64,000 nt of DNA, from positions 9,639-73,638 of the forward strand of contig DAIDGS010000003.1 of assembly GCA_027459845.1 (NCBI GenBank), read 5' to 3'. The position numbers were made by a program, and so were the translations under genes. The notes below the pieces were generated by a model that saw only the letters and a program-made list of their open reading frames with translations, searched no databases and had not been told where the DNA came from. Below are positions 26,640 through 36,996 of the stretch, piece after piece; position 1 is the stretch's first letter, and each line of letters begins with the position of its first letter. This stretch comes from Vulcanimicrobiota bacterium. GTDB lineage: Bacteria > Vulcanimicrobiota > Vulcanimicrobiia > Vulcanimicrobiales > Vulcanimicrobiaceae.

Positions 26640-27911
26640 CTGAGCACCTCTACCCTGCATCGCCTCGCCCCCACCCAGGTGGAGCTGGAGATCCCCATCA
26701 CGCCCGAAGCGATGGCCGAGGCCGAGCTTCGCGCCTTTCGTCGCCTGGTCAAAAGCGTGCGCTTGCCCGGATTTCGACCCGGCAAGGTGCCGCGAAAGGT
26801 CTTTGAGGCGACGTACGGCACCGCGGCGATTACCGGTGAGGCGGTCGAAGACGTCGTCCCCGAGGCGTACGCGCTGGCGATGCGCGAGCACGCCCTGCAC
26901 CCGGTCGAGCGGCCGCACATGGAAATTCTGGAGGAGGTCGAGGGCCGGCCGGTGCGCGTCAAGGCGACCGTCGAGGTGCGCCCCGAGATCGCGCTCGGCG
27001 AATATAAAGGAATCGCGGTCGAAGCTCCGCGCACCGTCGTCGGCGACGACGATGTCGAACGCAGTCTGACGGCGCTAGCCAAGGAGCGCGCGACCCTGGT
27101 GCCGGTCGATCGTCCGGCCGAGCTGGGCGACGTGGTCACGATCGATTATCGGGGGACCATCGCAGGCGAACCGTTCGAGGGCGGCGAGGCGACCGGGCAG
27201 GTTACCGAACTGCTCGAGGAGCGCTTCATTCCAGGTTTCGCGAGCGGCATCGCGGGGATGGCGGTCGGCGACCGGCGCGACGTCGAAGCGCGTTTCCCCG
27301 ACGAGTATCCGGCCGCCGAGCTGGCCGGGAAGACCGCGAGCTTCGCGGTCACGCTGCACGAGGTCAAGCGTCTCGAACTGCCCCAGCTCGACGATGCCTT
27401 CGCGGCGTCGATCTCCTCCAACGCCACGCTCGCGGAGCTGCGCGACGATCTGCGTCGCCGGCTCGGCGACATCGCGCAGGCCCGCCACCGGCGCATCGTC
27501 GGCAATCTCGTCATGGAGCGGCTCCTGGCCGCGCACGAAGTACCGCTGCCGCGCTCGATGGTCGACGCCGAGATCGCACATCTGGCACGCGAGGCCGCCG
27601 AAGGCGAGAGCGAGCCCAGCGATTCCGATCGCGAGCAGTTCCGCGTCGAGGCCGAAACCCGGGTCAAAGGCACGCTGTTGATCGAAGCCATCGCCAAGGC
27701 GGAGCAGATTGCCGCGACCCCGGCCGACGTCAAGGCCGAGTTGACGTCGTTGGCGCGCCAGTACGGGCAGCCGCCCGAGCGCATCCGGGCCGCGCTCGGG
27801 AGCAATCTGGTGGCCCTGATGGAAGGCATCGTGCGCACCAAAACGATCGAGTTTCTCGTCGAAAATGCCGCCGTGGCGGTGCACGAAGAAACTTCTGCGC
27901 CGCGCGCGTAG
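26640..27911 (+). CDS. tig: trigger factor (start codon uncertain)
   Basis: LPGFRPGKVPRKVFEATYG ribosome-binding signature, then FKBP-like and C-terminal domains. The track ORF start (26568) lies inside tRNA-Gly. There is no in-frame ATG before the conserved N-terminal strand. The candidates are CTG at 26640 (after GGAAGAGAG) and GTG at 26679. Confidence 0.85.
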   Translation: MSTSTLHRLAPTQVELEIPITPEAMAEAELRAFRRLVKSVRLPGFRPGKVPRKVFEATYGTAAITGEAVEDVVPEAYALAMREHALHPVERPHMEILEEVEGRPVRVKATVEVRPEIALGEYKGIAVEAPRTVVGDDDVERSLTALAKERATLVPVDRPAELGDVVTIDYRGTIAGEPFEGGEATGQVTELLEERFIPGFASGIAGMAVGDRRDVEARFPDEYPAAELAGKTASFAVTLHEVKRLELPQLDDAFAASISSNATLAELRDDLRRRLGDIAQARHRRIVGNLVMERLLAAHEVPLPRSMVDAEIAHLAREAAEGESEPSDSDREQFRVEAETRVKGTLLIEAIAKAEQIAATPADVKAELTSLARQYGQPPERIRAALGSNLVALMEGIVRTKTIEFLVENAAVAVHEETSAPRA

Positions 27912-27954
27912 TCTTATAGTCGTCTCAGCACAGCGCTGAAGGAGAAGGAGAGCC

Positions 27955-28563
27955 GTGGGTCACCTGGTTCCGATGGTCGTCGAGCAGAGCGCGCGCGGGG
28001 AGCGTGCGTACGACATCTATTCCCGTCTGCTCAAGGATCGGATCGTCTTCGTGGGGGGTGCCATCGACGACCATCTCGCCAACCTGGTCATCGCGCAGCT
28101 GCTCTTCCTGGAGAAGGAAGATCCCGATAAAGACATCGACATGTACATCAACTCGCCGGGCGGCAGCGTCACCGCCGGCCTTGCGGTCTACGATGCGATG
28201 CGCTTCATCAAGCCCGATGTCGCGACGATTTGCATGGGCTTCGCCGCATCGATGGGTTCGATTTTGCTCACCGGCGGTGCCCGCGGCAAGCGCTTCTCGC
28301 TGCCGCACTCGAAGATCCTAATCCATCAGCCGTGGGTCTCGCAGATCGGCGGGCAAGCAACCGACGTCGAACTGGCCGCACGCGACTTGATTGCGACCCG
28401 CCAAACCGTCGCAAAAATCTACGAGGACACCACCGAGAAGCCGCTGGATCAAATCCTCAAGGATATCGACCGAGATTATTACATGACGGCCCAGGAGGCC
28501 AAGGACTACGGGATAATCGACCAAATCATCGAAAATCGGCAGGGCCTGCCGGTACCCGCCTAG
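27955..28563 (+). CDS. clpP: ATP-dependent Clp protease proteolytic subunit
   Basis: [28 protein letters not shown]...[16 protein letters not shown]-like...GFAASMGS (catalytic Ser context). GTG start after GGAGAAGGAG. Confidence 0.95.
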   Translation: MGHLVPMVVEQSARGERAYDIYSRLLKDRIVFVGGAIDDHLANLVIAQLLFLEKEDPDKDIDMYINSPGGSVTAGLAVYDAMRFIKPDVATICMGFAASMGSILLTGGARGKRFSLPHSKILIHQPWVSQIGGQATDVELAARDLIATRQTVAKIYEDTTEKPLDQILKDIDRDYYMTAQEAKDYGIIDQIIENRQGLPVPA

Positions 28564-28602
28564 GCGGCAGCCGGCCAGCGAGGAGGACGCCCCGGGCACA
28601 CG

Positions 28603-29859
28603 ATGTTCCGTTTTGGTGATGAAAAAGGTCAGCTCAAGTGCAGCTTCTGCGGCAAGTCGCAGGAGCAGGTGCGCAAGTTGATCGCAGGCCCCGGGGTCTA
28701 CATTTGCGACGAGTGCATCGAGCTCTGCAACGAGATCATCGAAGAGGAGCTCTACAAGAACGTCGATGAGAGCCTTCGGCTACGCAACATTCCCAAGCCG
28801 AAGGAAATCAACCACATCCTCAATCAGTACGTCATCGGCCAGGAGCGCGCCAAGAAGTCGCTCGCGGTTGCGGTCTACAACCACTACAAGCGTATTAACG
28901 CCGGTGGCGCCGCCGACGACGTCGAACTGCAAAAATCCAACATTTTGCTGGTCGGGCCAACCGGCTCCGGCAAGACGTATCTCGCGCAGACGCTGGCCAA
29001 GATCCTCGACGTTCCGCTCGCAATGGCCGATGCGACCTCGCTGACCGAGGCCGGCTACGTCGGCGAAGACGTCGAGAACATTTTGCTCAAGCTCATCCAG
29101 GCCGCCGACTACGATGTCAAGCGTGCCGAGAAGGGCATCGTCTACATCGACGAGATCGACAAGATCGCCCGCAAGAGCGAGAATCCCTCGATCACGCGCG
29201 ACGTCTCGGGTGAGGGCGTACAACAGGCGTTGCTCAAGATTCTCGAGGGAACGACCGCCAACGTTCCCCCGCAGGGCGGCCGGAAGCATCCGCATCAAGA
29301 GTTCATCCAGATCGACACCACCAACGTGCTGTTCATCTGCGGCGGGGCCTTCGATGGCCTCGAGCGGATCATCGAATCGCGGGTGGCCGCCAACAACATG
29401 GGATTCAGGGCGCAACCCGAGGGCAAGAAGTCGACCCACGTCGGCAAGCTGCTCCAGCAGCTCATGCCCGAGGACCTCTTGAAGTTTGGGCTGATACCCG
29501 AGTTCATCGGCCGTTTGCCGATCGTCGTCACGCTGGACGCGCTCGACGAACTGGCACTGCGGCGCATCCTCACCGAACCGCGCAACGCCTTGGTGCGTCA
29601 GTTCCAGAAGATCATGAACATGGACGGCGTGGAGCTGACCTTTACCAAGGAAGCGTTGATCGCAATCGCGCTGCGCGCGCAGGGCCGCAAGACCGGTGCC
29701 CGCGGCTTGCGCTCGATTCTCGAAGAGACGATGCTCGACGTCATGTACGACCTGCCCTCACTGCAAGGAGTGAAAAAGTGCATCGTCAACAAGGACGTGA
29801 TCGAGAAACGCGAAGCGCCAACGCTCATCTACCAAGAGCAGAAGAAGGAACCCGCATAA
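28603..29859 (+). CDS. clpX: ATP-dependent Clp protease ATP-binding subunit ClpX
   Basis: N-terminal zinc finger [26 protein letters not shown], Walker A GPTGSGKT, and [10 protein letters not shown]. Confidence 0.95.
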   Translation: MFRFGDEKGQLKCSFCGKSQEQVRKLIAGPGVYICDECIELCNEIIEEELYKNVDESLRLRNIPKPKEINHILNQYVIGQERAKKSLAVAVYNHYKRINAGGAADDVELQKSNILLVGPTGSGKTYLAQTLAKILDVPLAMADATSLTEAGYVGEDVENILLKLIQAADYDVKRAEKGIVYIDEIDKIARKSENPSITRDVSGEGVQQALLKILEGTTANVPPQGGRKHPHQEFIQIDTTNVLFICGGAFDGLERIIESRVAANNMGFRAQPEGKKSTHVGKLLQQLMPEDLLKFGLIPEFIGRLPIVVTLDALDELALRRILTEPRNALVRQFQKIMNMDGVELTFTKEALIAIALRAQGRKTGARGLRSILEETMLDVMYDLPSLQGVKKCIVNKDVIEKREAPTLIYQEQKKEPA

Positions 29860-29872
29860 ACGTGCGGGTTTC
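29847..29872 (+). terminator. 10-bp hairpin spanning the clpX stop and the downstream GTG start (candidate terminator/attenuator)
   Basis: GGAACCCGCA-taaacg-TGCGGGTTTC. The clpX TAA sits in the loop and the next gene's GTG (29862) sits at the loop/stem junction. Only a short T run follows. Confidence 0.4.
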
Positions 29873-31271
29873 GCGCATCGTTGCGATCCTGGCGGTCGCC
29901 GGCTTGCTCGCGGGTTGCGGCGGCGCGGGAGCACGCGGCGTATCCTCTACCGCTGCGGCGCCGCTGATGCCGCAACCGGGCAGCGGGAACATCCATCGCA
30001 TCCAGCACGTGATCATGATCGTGCAAGAGAATCGCTCCTTCGACGAGTACTTCGGCACCTATCCCGGCGCCGACGGCATTCCGCACGGCGTCTGCATCCC
30101 CGATCCCGGTTGGAAGGGACATCCGTGTCAGTCGCCGTGGCACGATCCCGGCGACAGCAACGGCGGCGGCCCGCACTCCAACGTCGCGGCGATCGGCGAC
30201 ATCGACGGTGGAAAGATGGACGGGTTCGTGCGCCAGGACGAGTTCGTGCCCGCCAACCTGCGCTGCGGCGTGCCGCCCTCCGCGGGATGCTTGGCACACA
30301 ATGATACCGACGTCATGGGGTACCACGACGCGCGCGAGCTGCCCAACTACTGGCAGTACGCCAAGCATTACGTGCTCGAAGACCACTTCTTCGAGTCGGT
30401 GAACTCGTGGAGTCTGCCCTCGCACCTGTTCGAGGTCTCGGATTGGTCGGCGTACTGCCCCAACAACAGACCGATGAGTTGCGTGAACCGCGTCGAGTCG
30501 CCCGGCAACCCGCCGGACTACGGCCATCCGCCGGGGACGCCGCAGGGGCCGATCCCGCATTACGCCTGGACCGATCTCACGTATCTGCTGCACAAGCATC
30601 ACGTGAGCTGGAAGTACTACGTTGCCGGCGGCGAGACCAACGGTCAGCTCAACTCGGAGACGCCGGGAATTTGGAGCCCGATCCGCTGGTTCGAAGACGT
30701 GGCCCAAGACGGCCAGACCGGCAACGTCCAACCGATTTCGCAGTTCTTCACCGACGCGGCCAACGGCACGCTTCCGGCAGTGGCGTGGATCGCTCCCAAC
30801 ACCGGCGAGAGCGAGCATCCGCCGGCCGGCGTTCACGCCGGCCAGACCTACGTCACCTCGCTGATCAACGCGATCATGCAATCGCCCGACTGGGGCAGTT
30901 CGGTGATCTTCCTATCCTGGGATGACTGGGGCGGCTTCTACGATCACGTTCCGCCTCCGGTCGTCGACCAAAACGGGCTGGGAATCCGAGTTCCGGCGCT
31001 GATCATCTCACCGCTGATCGCGCATCCCGGCCGGATCGACCATCAAGTTTCGAGTTACGACTCGTATCTGAAGTTCATCGAGGACGACTTTCTCGGCGGG
31101 GCACGGTTGAATCCCAAGACCGACGGCCGGCCGGATCGGCGTCCGACCGTCCGCGAAGCCCTTCCCGAGGCCGGAAATCTCGACGTCGACTTCAACTTCA
31201 GGCAAGGCCCGCGCGCCGGATTGATCCTCCCGACCGATCCGACTCCGGGTCCGGCGTCGACGCCGCACTAG
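29862..31271 (+). CDS. phosphoesterase-family lipoprotein (phospholipase C / acid phosphatase AcpA family), paralog 1
   Basis: GTG at 29862 gives [19 protein letters not shown] (lipobox). [26 protein letters not shown] is the hallmark phosphoesterase motif. [11 protein letters not shown] also present. Confidence 0.85.
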   Translation: MRVSRIVAILAVAGLLAGCGGAGARGVSSTAAAPLMPQPGSGNIHRIQHVIMIVQENRSFDEYFGTYPGADGIPHGVCIPDPGWKGHPCQSPWHDPGDSNGGGPHSNVAAIGDIDGGKMDGFVRQDEFVPANLRCGVPPSAGCLAHNDTDVMGYHDARELPNYWQYAKHYVLEDHFFESVNSWSLPSHLFEVSDWSAYCPNNRPMSCVNRVESPGNPPDYGHPPGTPQGPIPHYAWTDLTYLLHKHHVSWKYYVAGGETNGQLNSETPGIWSPIRWFEDVAQDGQTGNVQPISQFFTDAANGTLPAVAWIAPNTGESEHPPAGVHAGQTYVTSLINAIMQSPDWGSSVIFLSWDDWGGFYDHVPPPVVDQNGLGIRVPALIISPLIAHPGRIDHQVSSYDSYLKFIEDDFLGGARLNPKTDGRPDRRPTVREALPEAGNLDVDFNFRQGPRAGLILPTDPTPGPASTPH

Positions 31272-31324
31272 CCGCGTAACGCTGGAAGGCGCGCGCTCCA
31301 GGTGCGCGGAACCGGGTGGGCTCC

Positions 31325-33976
31325 ATGAAGGCGAATGCTTCGTCGACACCGCTGGCGCCCGCGTACGACCCGGCTGAAATCGAACCGCGGCTCTACGCGC
31401 GCTGGCTGGAGCGAGGGTACTTTCACGAAGACCCCGACCCGGCGCGACCGCCGTTCGTCATCTGCATGCCGCCGCCCAACGTCACGGGGCGCGCGCACTT
31501 GGGGCACGGCTCGACGTATACGCCGATGGACGTGCTGACACGTTATCATCGGATGCTGGGCGACAACGCGGACTGGTTGCCCGGCCTCGATCACGCCGCC
31601 ATCGCGACCGAGTCGGTCATCGTGCGCGAACTCGCAAAGGAGGGACTGGATCGCGAGCAGCTCGGCCGCGCGGCCTATCTGGAGCGCGCCTGGAGTTGGT
31701 CGCGCGAGTACGGCGGGGAGATCAATCGCGCGTTTCGCACTTTGGGCTATTCGGCCGATTGGGAACGCGAGCGCTTTACGCTCGACGAGGGGCTCTCGCG
31801 CGCGGTCGCGCGCGTCTTCGTTCGGCTCTACGACGACGGTCTGATCTACCGCGGCAAGCGGCTGGTCAACTGGGACCCCAAGGCGCGTACGACCGTCTCG
31901 GACGCCGAGGTCGAGCACGTCGAGCGCGACGCGCATCTCTGGCACGTGCGCTATCCGCTGGTGCATAGCGAAGAGAGCGAGGACCCCTTCGGCGAGGGGA
32001 TCGCGATCGCCACCACGCGGCCGGAGACGATGCTCGGCGACGTTGCGGTCGCAGTCCATCCGCACGACGCGCGCTATGCCCACCTGGTCGGGAAGCACGT
32101 GCTGCTGCCGCCGCTGTTGGAGCGCGCGATTCCGATTATCGCCGACGAGGCGGTCGATCCGCATTTCGGAACCGGGGCCGTCAAGATCACGCCCGCGCAC
32201 GACGAACTCGACTACGCCATCGGCCTGCGCCACGGCCTGCCGATGCCAAGCGTCATCGATCTCGACGCACGCATGACCGGTGCCGACGTGCCGATCGGCA
32301 AGTACGCCGGTCTCGACCGCTTCGAAGCGCGCCGCGTCCTGCTCGACGACCTGCGCGTCGGTGAGTTCCTGCTCGACGAAGTCGCTCATCGCCACGCGGT
32401 TGCGGTGAGCCAGCGCTCCGGTGAGATCATCGAACCGCTGCTCTCGGAGCAGTGGTTCGTGAAGGTCGATGGGCTCGCGCGCACCGCACTGGCGTCGTAC
32501 CGCGAGGGCCGCGTGCGCTTCGTTCCGGAGCGGTACGGACGCAGCTACGAGCATCGGCTCGAACATATCCGCGACTGGAACATCTCGCGGCAAGTGTGGT
32601 GGGGGCATCAGCTCCCGGTGTGGTACACCCCCGACGGCGAGGTGGTCGTCGCCGAGGACGAAGCGGCGGCAATGGATCTCGCACAGGCGCGACACGGCAC
32701 GCGCGCGCTCCGCCGCGACCCCGATACGCTCGACACGTGGTTTTCCAGCGGTATCTGGCCGTTCTCGATCTTGGGGTGGCCCGAACCGACCATCGAGCTG
32801 TCGTGCTGGTATCCGTCGTCGGTGCTGGTCACCGCCGGCGAGATCATCTTCCTGTGGGTGACGCGCATGATCATGCTGGGCACCTACGTCATGGGGAAGG
32901 AGCCGTTCCGCGACGTCTTCATCGCACCGCTCGTCTTCGATGCCGAAGGCCGCAAGATGTCCAAGTCGTTGGGCAACGCGATCGATCCGATCGCGCTGGT
33001 CGAACGCTACGGCGCCGACGCAGTGCGGATCGGCATCCTGCGTCAGATGCGCTTGGAGGCGCAGGAACTGCGGTTTCAGGAATCACGCTGCGACGAGGCG
33101 CGGCGCTTCAACAACAAAATCTGGAACGCGGTGCGCTACGCCCTCGCCCTTCCCGAGCCGTTGCCGCGCGCGCTCTCCCTGCCGTCGGCCGACGCGCTCA
33201 CGCTTGCGGACCGCTGGATTCTCACCCGGCTGCACCACACCATCGTCGAGGTCTCGAAGGCTCTGGACGCCTACGACTTCGGCGGCGCAACCGAGACCGT
33301 ATGGCGGTTCTGGTGGTACGAACTATGCGATTGGTATCTCGAAGCCAGCAAGGCGCCGGCAAATCACGCGACGCGCGGCGCGGTGCTGTCCTTCGTTTTG
33401 AACAACGCACTACGCTTGCTGCACCCGATGGCGCCATTCGTGACCGAAGAACTCTGGCTGGCGCTGCCGCACGACGGCGCGACGATCATGACCGCGACCT
33501 GGCCCGATCGCTTGGAAGTGCCATGCGATTCCGAGGCGGCGGCAGCTTTCGACGCGGTGCGCACGACCGTCGAGCGGCTACGCAACGAGCGCGCTGAAAA
33601 CGGGATCGCCGACCGTACGCGGATTCACGTCGTTCTGCCGGGTGGCGCCGAGCCGGTGCGCGGCCTGCGCGACCTGGTGCTCCATCTGTGCAACGGCGAA
33701 CCGGTCGCGGCCGGTGTGGCGCATTCCGGGGGATCGATCGCGAGTTTTCTCGACGCATTCGCGCTGCAGGTCGATCCGGCCGCGCGCCGGTCGCGGCTCC
33801 TGCGCGAACGCGACCGTCTCGAAGGCGAAGTCGCACGGTGCCGGAAGAAGCTCGCCAACACCGCGTTCGTCGATCGCGCGGCCCCGGCTGTGGTCGACGC
33901 CGAGCGCGCCAAACTGGCCGGCTATGAGGCCGATCTCGCGCTGGTGGAGGCACAGCTCGCGGACCCCCCGCCATAA
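31325..33976 (+). CDS. valS: valine--tRNA ligase
   Basis: [14 protein letters not shown] (HIGH region), KMSKSLGN (KMSKS), and a C-terminal coiled coil. ATG at 31325; an alternative GTG lies at 31316. Confidence 0.95.
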   Translation: MKANASSTPLAPAYDPAEIEPRLYARWLERGYFHEDPDPARPPFVICMPPPNVTGRAHLGHGSTYTPMDVLTRYHRMLGDNADWLPGLDHAAIATESVIVRELAKEGLDREQLGRAAYLERAWSWSREYGGEINRAFRTLGYSADWERERFTLDEGLSRAVARVFVRLYDDGLIYRGKRLVNWDPKARTTVSDAEVEHVERDAHLWHVRYPLVHSEESEDPFGEGIAIATTRPETMLGDVAVAVHPHDARYAHLVGKHVLLPPLLERAIPIIADEAVDPHFGTGAVKITPAHDELDYAIGLRHGLPMPSVIDLDARMTGADVPIGKYAGLDRFEARRVLLDDLRVGEFLLDEVAHRHAVAVSQRSGEIIEPLLSEQWFVKVDGLARTALASYREGRVRFVPERYGRSYEHRLEHIRDWNISRQVWWGHQLPVWYTPDGEVVVAEDEAAAMDLAQARHGTRALRRDPDTLDTWFSSGIWPFSILGWPEPTIELSCWYPSSVLVTAGEIIFLWVTRMIMLGTYVMGKEPFRDVFIAPLVFDAEGRKMSKSLGNAIDPIALVERYGADAVRIGILRQMRLEAQELRFQESRCDEARRFNNKIWNAVRYALALPEPLPRALSLPSADALTLADRWILTRLHHTIVEVSKALDAYDFGGATETVWRFWWYELCDWYLEASKAPANHATRGAVLSFVLNNALRLLHPMAPFVTEELWLALPHDGATIMTATWPDRLEVPCDSEAAAAFDAVRTTVERLRNERAENGIADRTRIHVVLPGGAEPVRGLRDLVLHLCNGEPVAAGVAHSGGSIASFLDAFALQVDPAARRSRLLRERDRLEGEVARCRKKLANTAFVDRAAPAVVDAERAKLAGYEADLALVEAQLADPPP

Positions 33977-33995
33977 GCCCTGCGCGCCCTCTGGT

Positions 33996-34012
33996 GTATC
34001 TCAGAAAGATAC
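33996..34012. promoter_or_regulatory. palindrome GTATCT-N5-AGATAC in an AT-richer patch upstream of phosphoesterase paralog 2 (candidate operator)
   Basis: Perfect 6-bp inverted repeat with a 5-nt spacer. It lies about 27 nt upstream of the first ATG (34039), in the least GC-rich stretch of this intergenic region. Confidence 0.3.
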
Positions 34013-34038
34013 AAGAATTGCCCGCTACGCTGCCGTCG

Positions 34039-35487
34039 ATGCACCTTTCGACGATGCGTTCCATTTTGACGCGCGGCGTCCGCCTAGCGTGGGTCGGGGC
34101 GCTGTGTTTGGCCGCGTGCGCGTCGTTCGCGGAGGGGCCGCGCGCCGGTGCGGGTAGCGGCACGCTTCCGGCCGCGCGTCCGGCGTCGAGGGCGCGTACC
34201 CAGGGCATCCAGCGGATTCGCCACGTCATCATCATCATTCAGGAGAATCGCTCGTTCGACGAGTACTTCGGCACCTATCCCGGCGCGAACGGCATCCCAG
34301 ACGACGCCTGCGTCCCGGATCCCGCGAGTGCGCACTGCCGGCGGCCGTGGCACGACCCGGCCGACAGCGAAGGCGGTGGACCACACTCGTTCGTGGCCGC
34401 CGTCGGCGACATCGACCGCGGGCGCATGGACGGATTCGTGCGCGAGGTTCGCCGGTTTCCGCTCGGCAGCGGGACCACGTGCGGCTCGCCCCCGGCATCG
34501 CTCTGCCTGCGCCACGGCGGCACCGACGTGATGGGCTATCAGGACGCCCGTGAGATCCCGAGCTACTGGCGCTACGCGGCCCGCTACACGCTCTTCGATC
34601 GGTTTTTTTCGTCCGTCAACTCGTGGAGTCTCCCGGCGCATCTCTTCGAGATTTCGGCCTGGTCCGCGTATTGCCCGACGCCGCAACCGATGTCGTGCGC
34701 GAATCGGGTCGAGAATCCCGCCGATCCTCCCGATTACGGCTACGCCGCCGGCGACTTTTTCGGTCCGGCGCCGACCTACGGCTGGACCGATATCACCTAC
34801 CTCCTGCACCGCGACGGCGTATCGTGGAAGTACTACGTCGGCGGGAGCGACCGGGACGGAGACCTCAGCGATGGCACGCCCGGAATTTGGGCGCCGATAC
34901 TATGGTTTACCGACGTTGCGCAGGACGGCCAGCTTGGGAACGTGCAATCCCACGCGCAATACTTTGCGGATGCGGCGAACGGCCGGCTCCCGTCGGTTGC
35001 TTGGATCGTGCCGAATCTCGCCGAGAGCGAACATCCCACTGCGGGGCTGCGGGCCGGCCAGGCCTACGTGACGCGGGTGATCGATGCGGCGATGCGCGGA
35101 CCGCAGTGGAAGAGTACCGCGATCTTTCTCACCTGGGACGACTGGGGCGGCTTCTACGATCACGTCCGCCCACCGGTCGTGGATGCGAACGGGTACGGCT
35201 TGCGCGTTCCACTGATTCTGATCTCCCCGTATACGCGCACCCCGGGTGCCATCGATCATCAGCTCGCGAGCTTCGACGGAATCTTGAAGTTCGTCGAGGA
35301 CAACTTTCTGCACGGTGCCCGCTTGGATCCCAAAACGGACGGCCGTCCTGACCGTCGGCCGACCGTGCGCGAAAGCCTCCCCGATGCCGGCGACTTCCGC
35401 GACGACTTTGACTTCGCGGCACCGCCGCGTCCGGGGCTGCAACTTCCCGAGTACCCGACACCCGGCCCCGCATCGACTCCGCCGTAG
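34039..35487 (+). CDS. phosphoesterase-family lipoprotein, paralog 2
   Basis: [26 protein letters not shown] and [11 protein letters not shown]. The signal plus lipobox is [10 protein letters not shown]. The start could be ATG 34039, ATG 34054 or the track GTG 33994. Collinear with paralog 1 along the whole length. Confidence 0.85.
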   Translation: MHLSTMRSILTRGVRLAWVGALCLAACASFAEGPRAGAGSGTLPAARPASRARTQGIQRIRHVIIIIQENRSFDEYFGTYPGANGIPDDACVPDPASAHCRRPWHDPADSEGGGPHSFVAAVGDIDRGRMDGFVREVRRFPLGSGTTCGSPPASLCLRHGGTDVMGYQDAREIPSYWRYAARYTLFDRFFSSVNSWSLPAHLFEISAWSAYCPTPQPMSCANRVENPADPPDYGYAAGDFFGPAPTYGWTDITYLLHRDGVSWKYYVGGSDRDGDLSDGTPGIWAPILWFTDVAQDGQLGNVQSHAQYFADAANGRLPSVAWIVPNLAESEHPTAGLRAGQAYVTRVIDAAMRGPQWKSTAIFLTWDDWGGFYDHVRPPVVDANGYGLRVPLILISPYTRTPGAIDHQLASFDGILKFVEDNFLHGARLDPKTDGRPDRRPTVRESLPDAGDFRDDFDFAAPPRPGLQLPEYPTPGPASTPP

Positions 35488-35567
35488 GCACATCGCCCCG
35501 CGCCCAGGCAAGCGATGCAGCGGGTGCGAAGCTTCGCTACCCGATGGATGCTGAGGGCGGAGGATTC

Positions 35568-36110
35568 ATGAACGGTACCAGTCGCAGGGTCGTGCTGCTT
35601 GCGAGCGATCAGATCGAGCGGACGATCGCACGGCTCGCGCATCAGATCGTCGAACCCGACGACGTGCGCAACGGCTTGGTTTTGCTCGGCGTCCGGCGCG
35701 GCGGTGAGGCCCTCGCGACCCGCCTCGCCGCCGCGGTGACGCAGATCGTCGGGCGGACTCCGGTGCTGGGCTTCGTCAACATCGATCGCTATCGTGACGA
35801 TCACGTCACGCACGACAACGCCGAGTCGCAGATCCCCGTCGATGTCACCGATCGCATCGTCGTCGTCGTGGACGACGTGCTCTACACCGGCCGGACCGTC
35901 CGCTCGGCGCTCGACGCGGTCACCGATCTGGGGCGCCCCGCGGCGGTACGGCTGTGCGTCTTGATCGACCGCGGACTGCGCGAACTGCCGATCCAAGCCG
36001 ACTATGTCGGGCGCTCGATCCCAACCGGAAAGCGCGAGCACGTCGCCGTTCGGCTCGCCACGGTACCCTCGCCCGAGGACGAGGTTGCGATCCTTGCAGA
36101 TTCGCCGTAG
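35568..36110 (+). CDS. pyrR: bifunctional pyrimidine operon regulator / uracil phosphoribosyltransferase
   Basis: ATG at 35568 after GGAGG. RTIARLAHQIVE...IVVVVDDVLYTGRTVRSALDAV is the PRPP-binding motif. It heads the pyrB-pyrC operon. Confidence 0.9.
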   Translation: MNGTSRRVVLLASDQIERTIARLAHQIVEPDDVRNGLVLLGVRRGGEALATRLAAAVTQIVGRTPVLGFVNIDRYRDDHVTHDNAESQIPVDVTDRIVVVVDDVLYTGRTVRSALDAVTDLGRPAAVRLCVLIDRGLRELPIQADYVGRSIPTGKREHVAVRLATVPSPEDEVAILADSP

Positions 36111-36996
36111 CCTGATCGACCTCGACGATCTCAGCACCGGTGAACTGGACGCGGTCTTCGAGCGAACCGCCGCCTTCGAAGCCGGTAAGGTGCGTCCGAC
36201 CCTAGCCGGCTTCGCGTGCGCGAACATGTTCTTCGAACCCAGTACGCGCACGTTCGCATCGTTTAACTTGGCCGAACTCCGGTTGGGCGCGCACGTGATC
36301 AACCTGGCTCCGAAGGATCTCAGCCTGGCGACCAAGGGTGAGTCCCTGGAAGATACCGCCATTACCTTGAGCGCGATGGGTATCGGCGCGCTCGTGGTGC
36401 GACACGCCGAAAGCGGCTTCCCGGCACGCATCGCGCGCGCGTTCGACGGGCACGTGATCAACGCAGGAGACGGCTCGAACGCGCATCCGACGCAGGCGCT
36501 ACTCGACATCTACACGATGCGCGAGGAGTTCGGCGACCTCCGCGGCCGAAGCGTCGCGATCGTCGGCGACATCGTCCACAGCCGGGTCGCGCACTCGGCC
36601 ATTCACGGATTGCAGCGGCTGGGCGTCGCAATCGTCCTGGTCGGACCGCCGGCGTTCTTGCCCGAGCGCTACGCGCACGACGGGATTCGCATCGAGCGCG
36701 ACTTCGATGCCGTACTCGGCGAGTGCGACGCGGTGATGCTCTTGCGCATCCAGCGCGAACGCTTCGCCGACATGCCGATTGACGATCGAGAGTACGTGGC
36801 GCGCTACCGCCTCGACGATGCACGCCTGCGTCGGCTACGCAGCGGCGCGATCGTGATGCATCCGGGACCCTACAATCGCGGCATGGAGCTGGATGCCAGC
36901 GTGCTCGAATATATCGGCTGGCGTTACGCGCGACAGGTGCACCACGGGGTCGCCGTGCGCATGGCGGTCCTCGACGTGCTCGTCAACGGATGCTGA
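36094..36996 (+). CDS. pyrB: aspartate carbamoyltransferase catalytic subunit
   Basis: FFEPSTRTFASF (STRT motif), HPTQALLD and HPGPYNRG. The likely TTG start at 36094 overlaps the pyrR end. The track ORF start is further upstream inside pyrR. Confidence 0.9.
   Translation: MQIRRSLIDLDDLSTGELDAVFERTAAFEAGKVRPTLAGFACANMFFEPSTRTFASFNLAELRLGAHVINLAPKDLSLATKGESLEDTAITLSAMGIGALVVRHAESGFPARIARAFDGHVINAGDGSNAHPTQALLDIYTMREEFGDLRGRSVAIVGDIVHSRVAHSAIHGLQRLGVAIVLVGPPAFLPERYAHDGIRIERDFDAVLGECDAVMLLRIQRERFADMPIDDREYVARYRLDDARLRRLRSGAIVMHPGPYNRGMELDASVLEYIGWRYARQVHHGVAVRMAVLDVLVNGC

Noticed and set aside
27912-27954. CIRCE/CtsR/ClgR-type operator upstream of clpP (TCAGC-N5-GCTGA)
   Set aside because: It is only a 5-bp inverted repeat. 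It does not match the full CIRCE (TTAGCACTC-N9-GAGTGCTAA) or CtsR repeat consensus and could arise by chance.
31272-31324. T-box leader upstream of valS; also a glmS ribozyme upstream of glmS (62425-62433) and a cobalamin riboswitch upstream of cobC/cobT (2846-2875)
   Set aside because: The intergenic spaces are only 53, 9 and 30 nt. That is far too short for these 150-250 nt elements.
35488-35567. PyrR-binding attenuator upstream of pyrR
   Set aside because: I found no match to the PyrR binding-loop consensus as I recall it (UCCAGAGAGG-type) and no obvious terminator/antiterminator alternative in the 80-nt leader.
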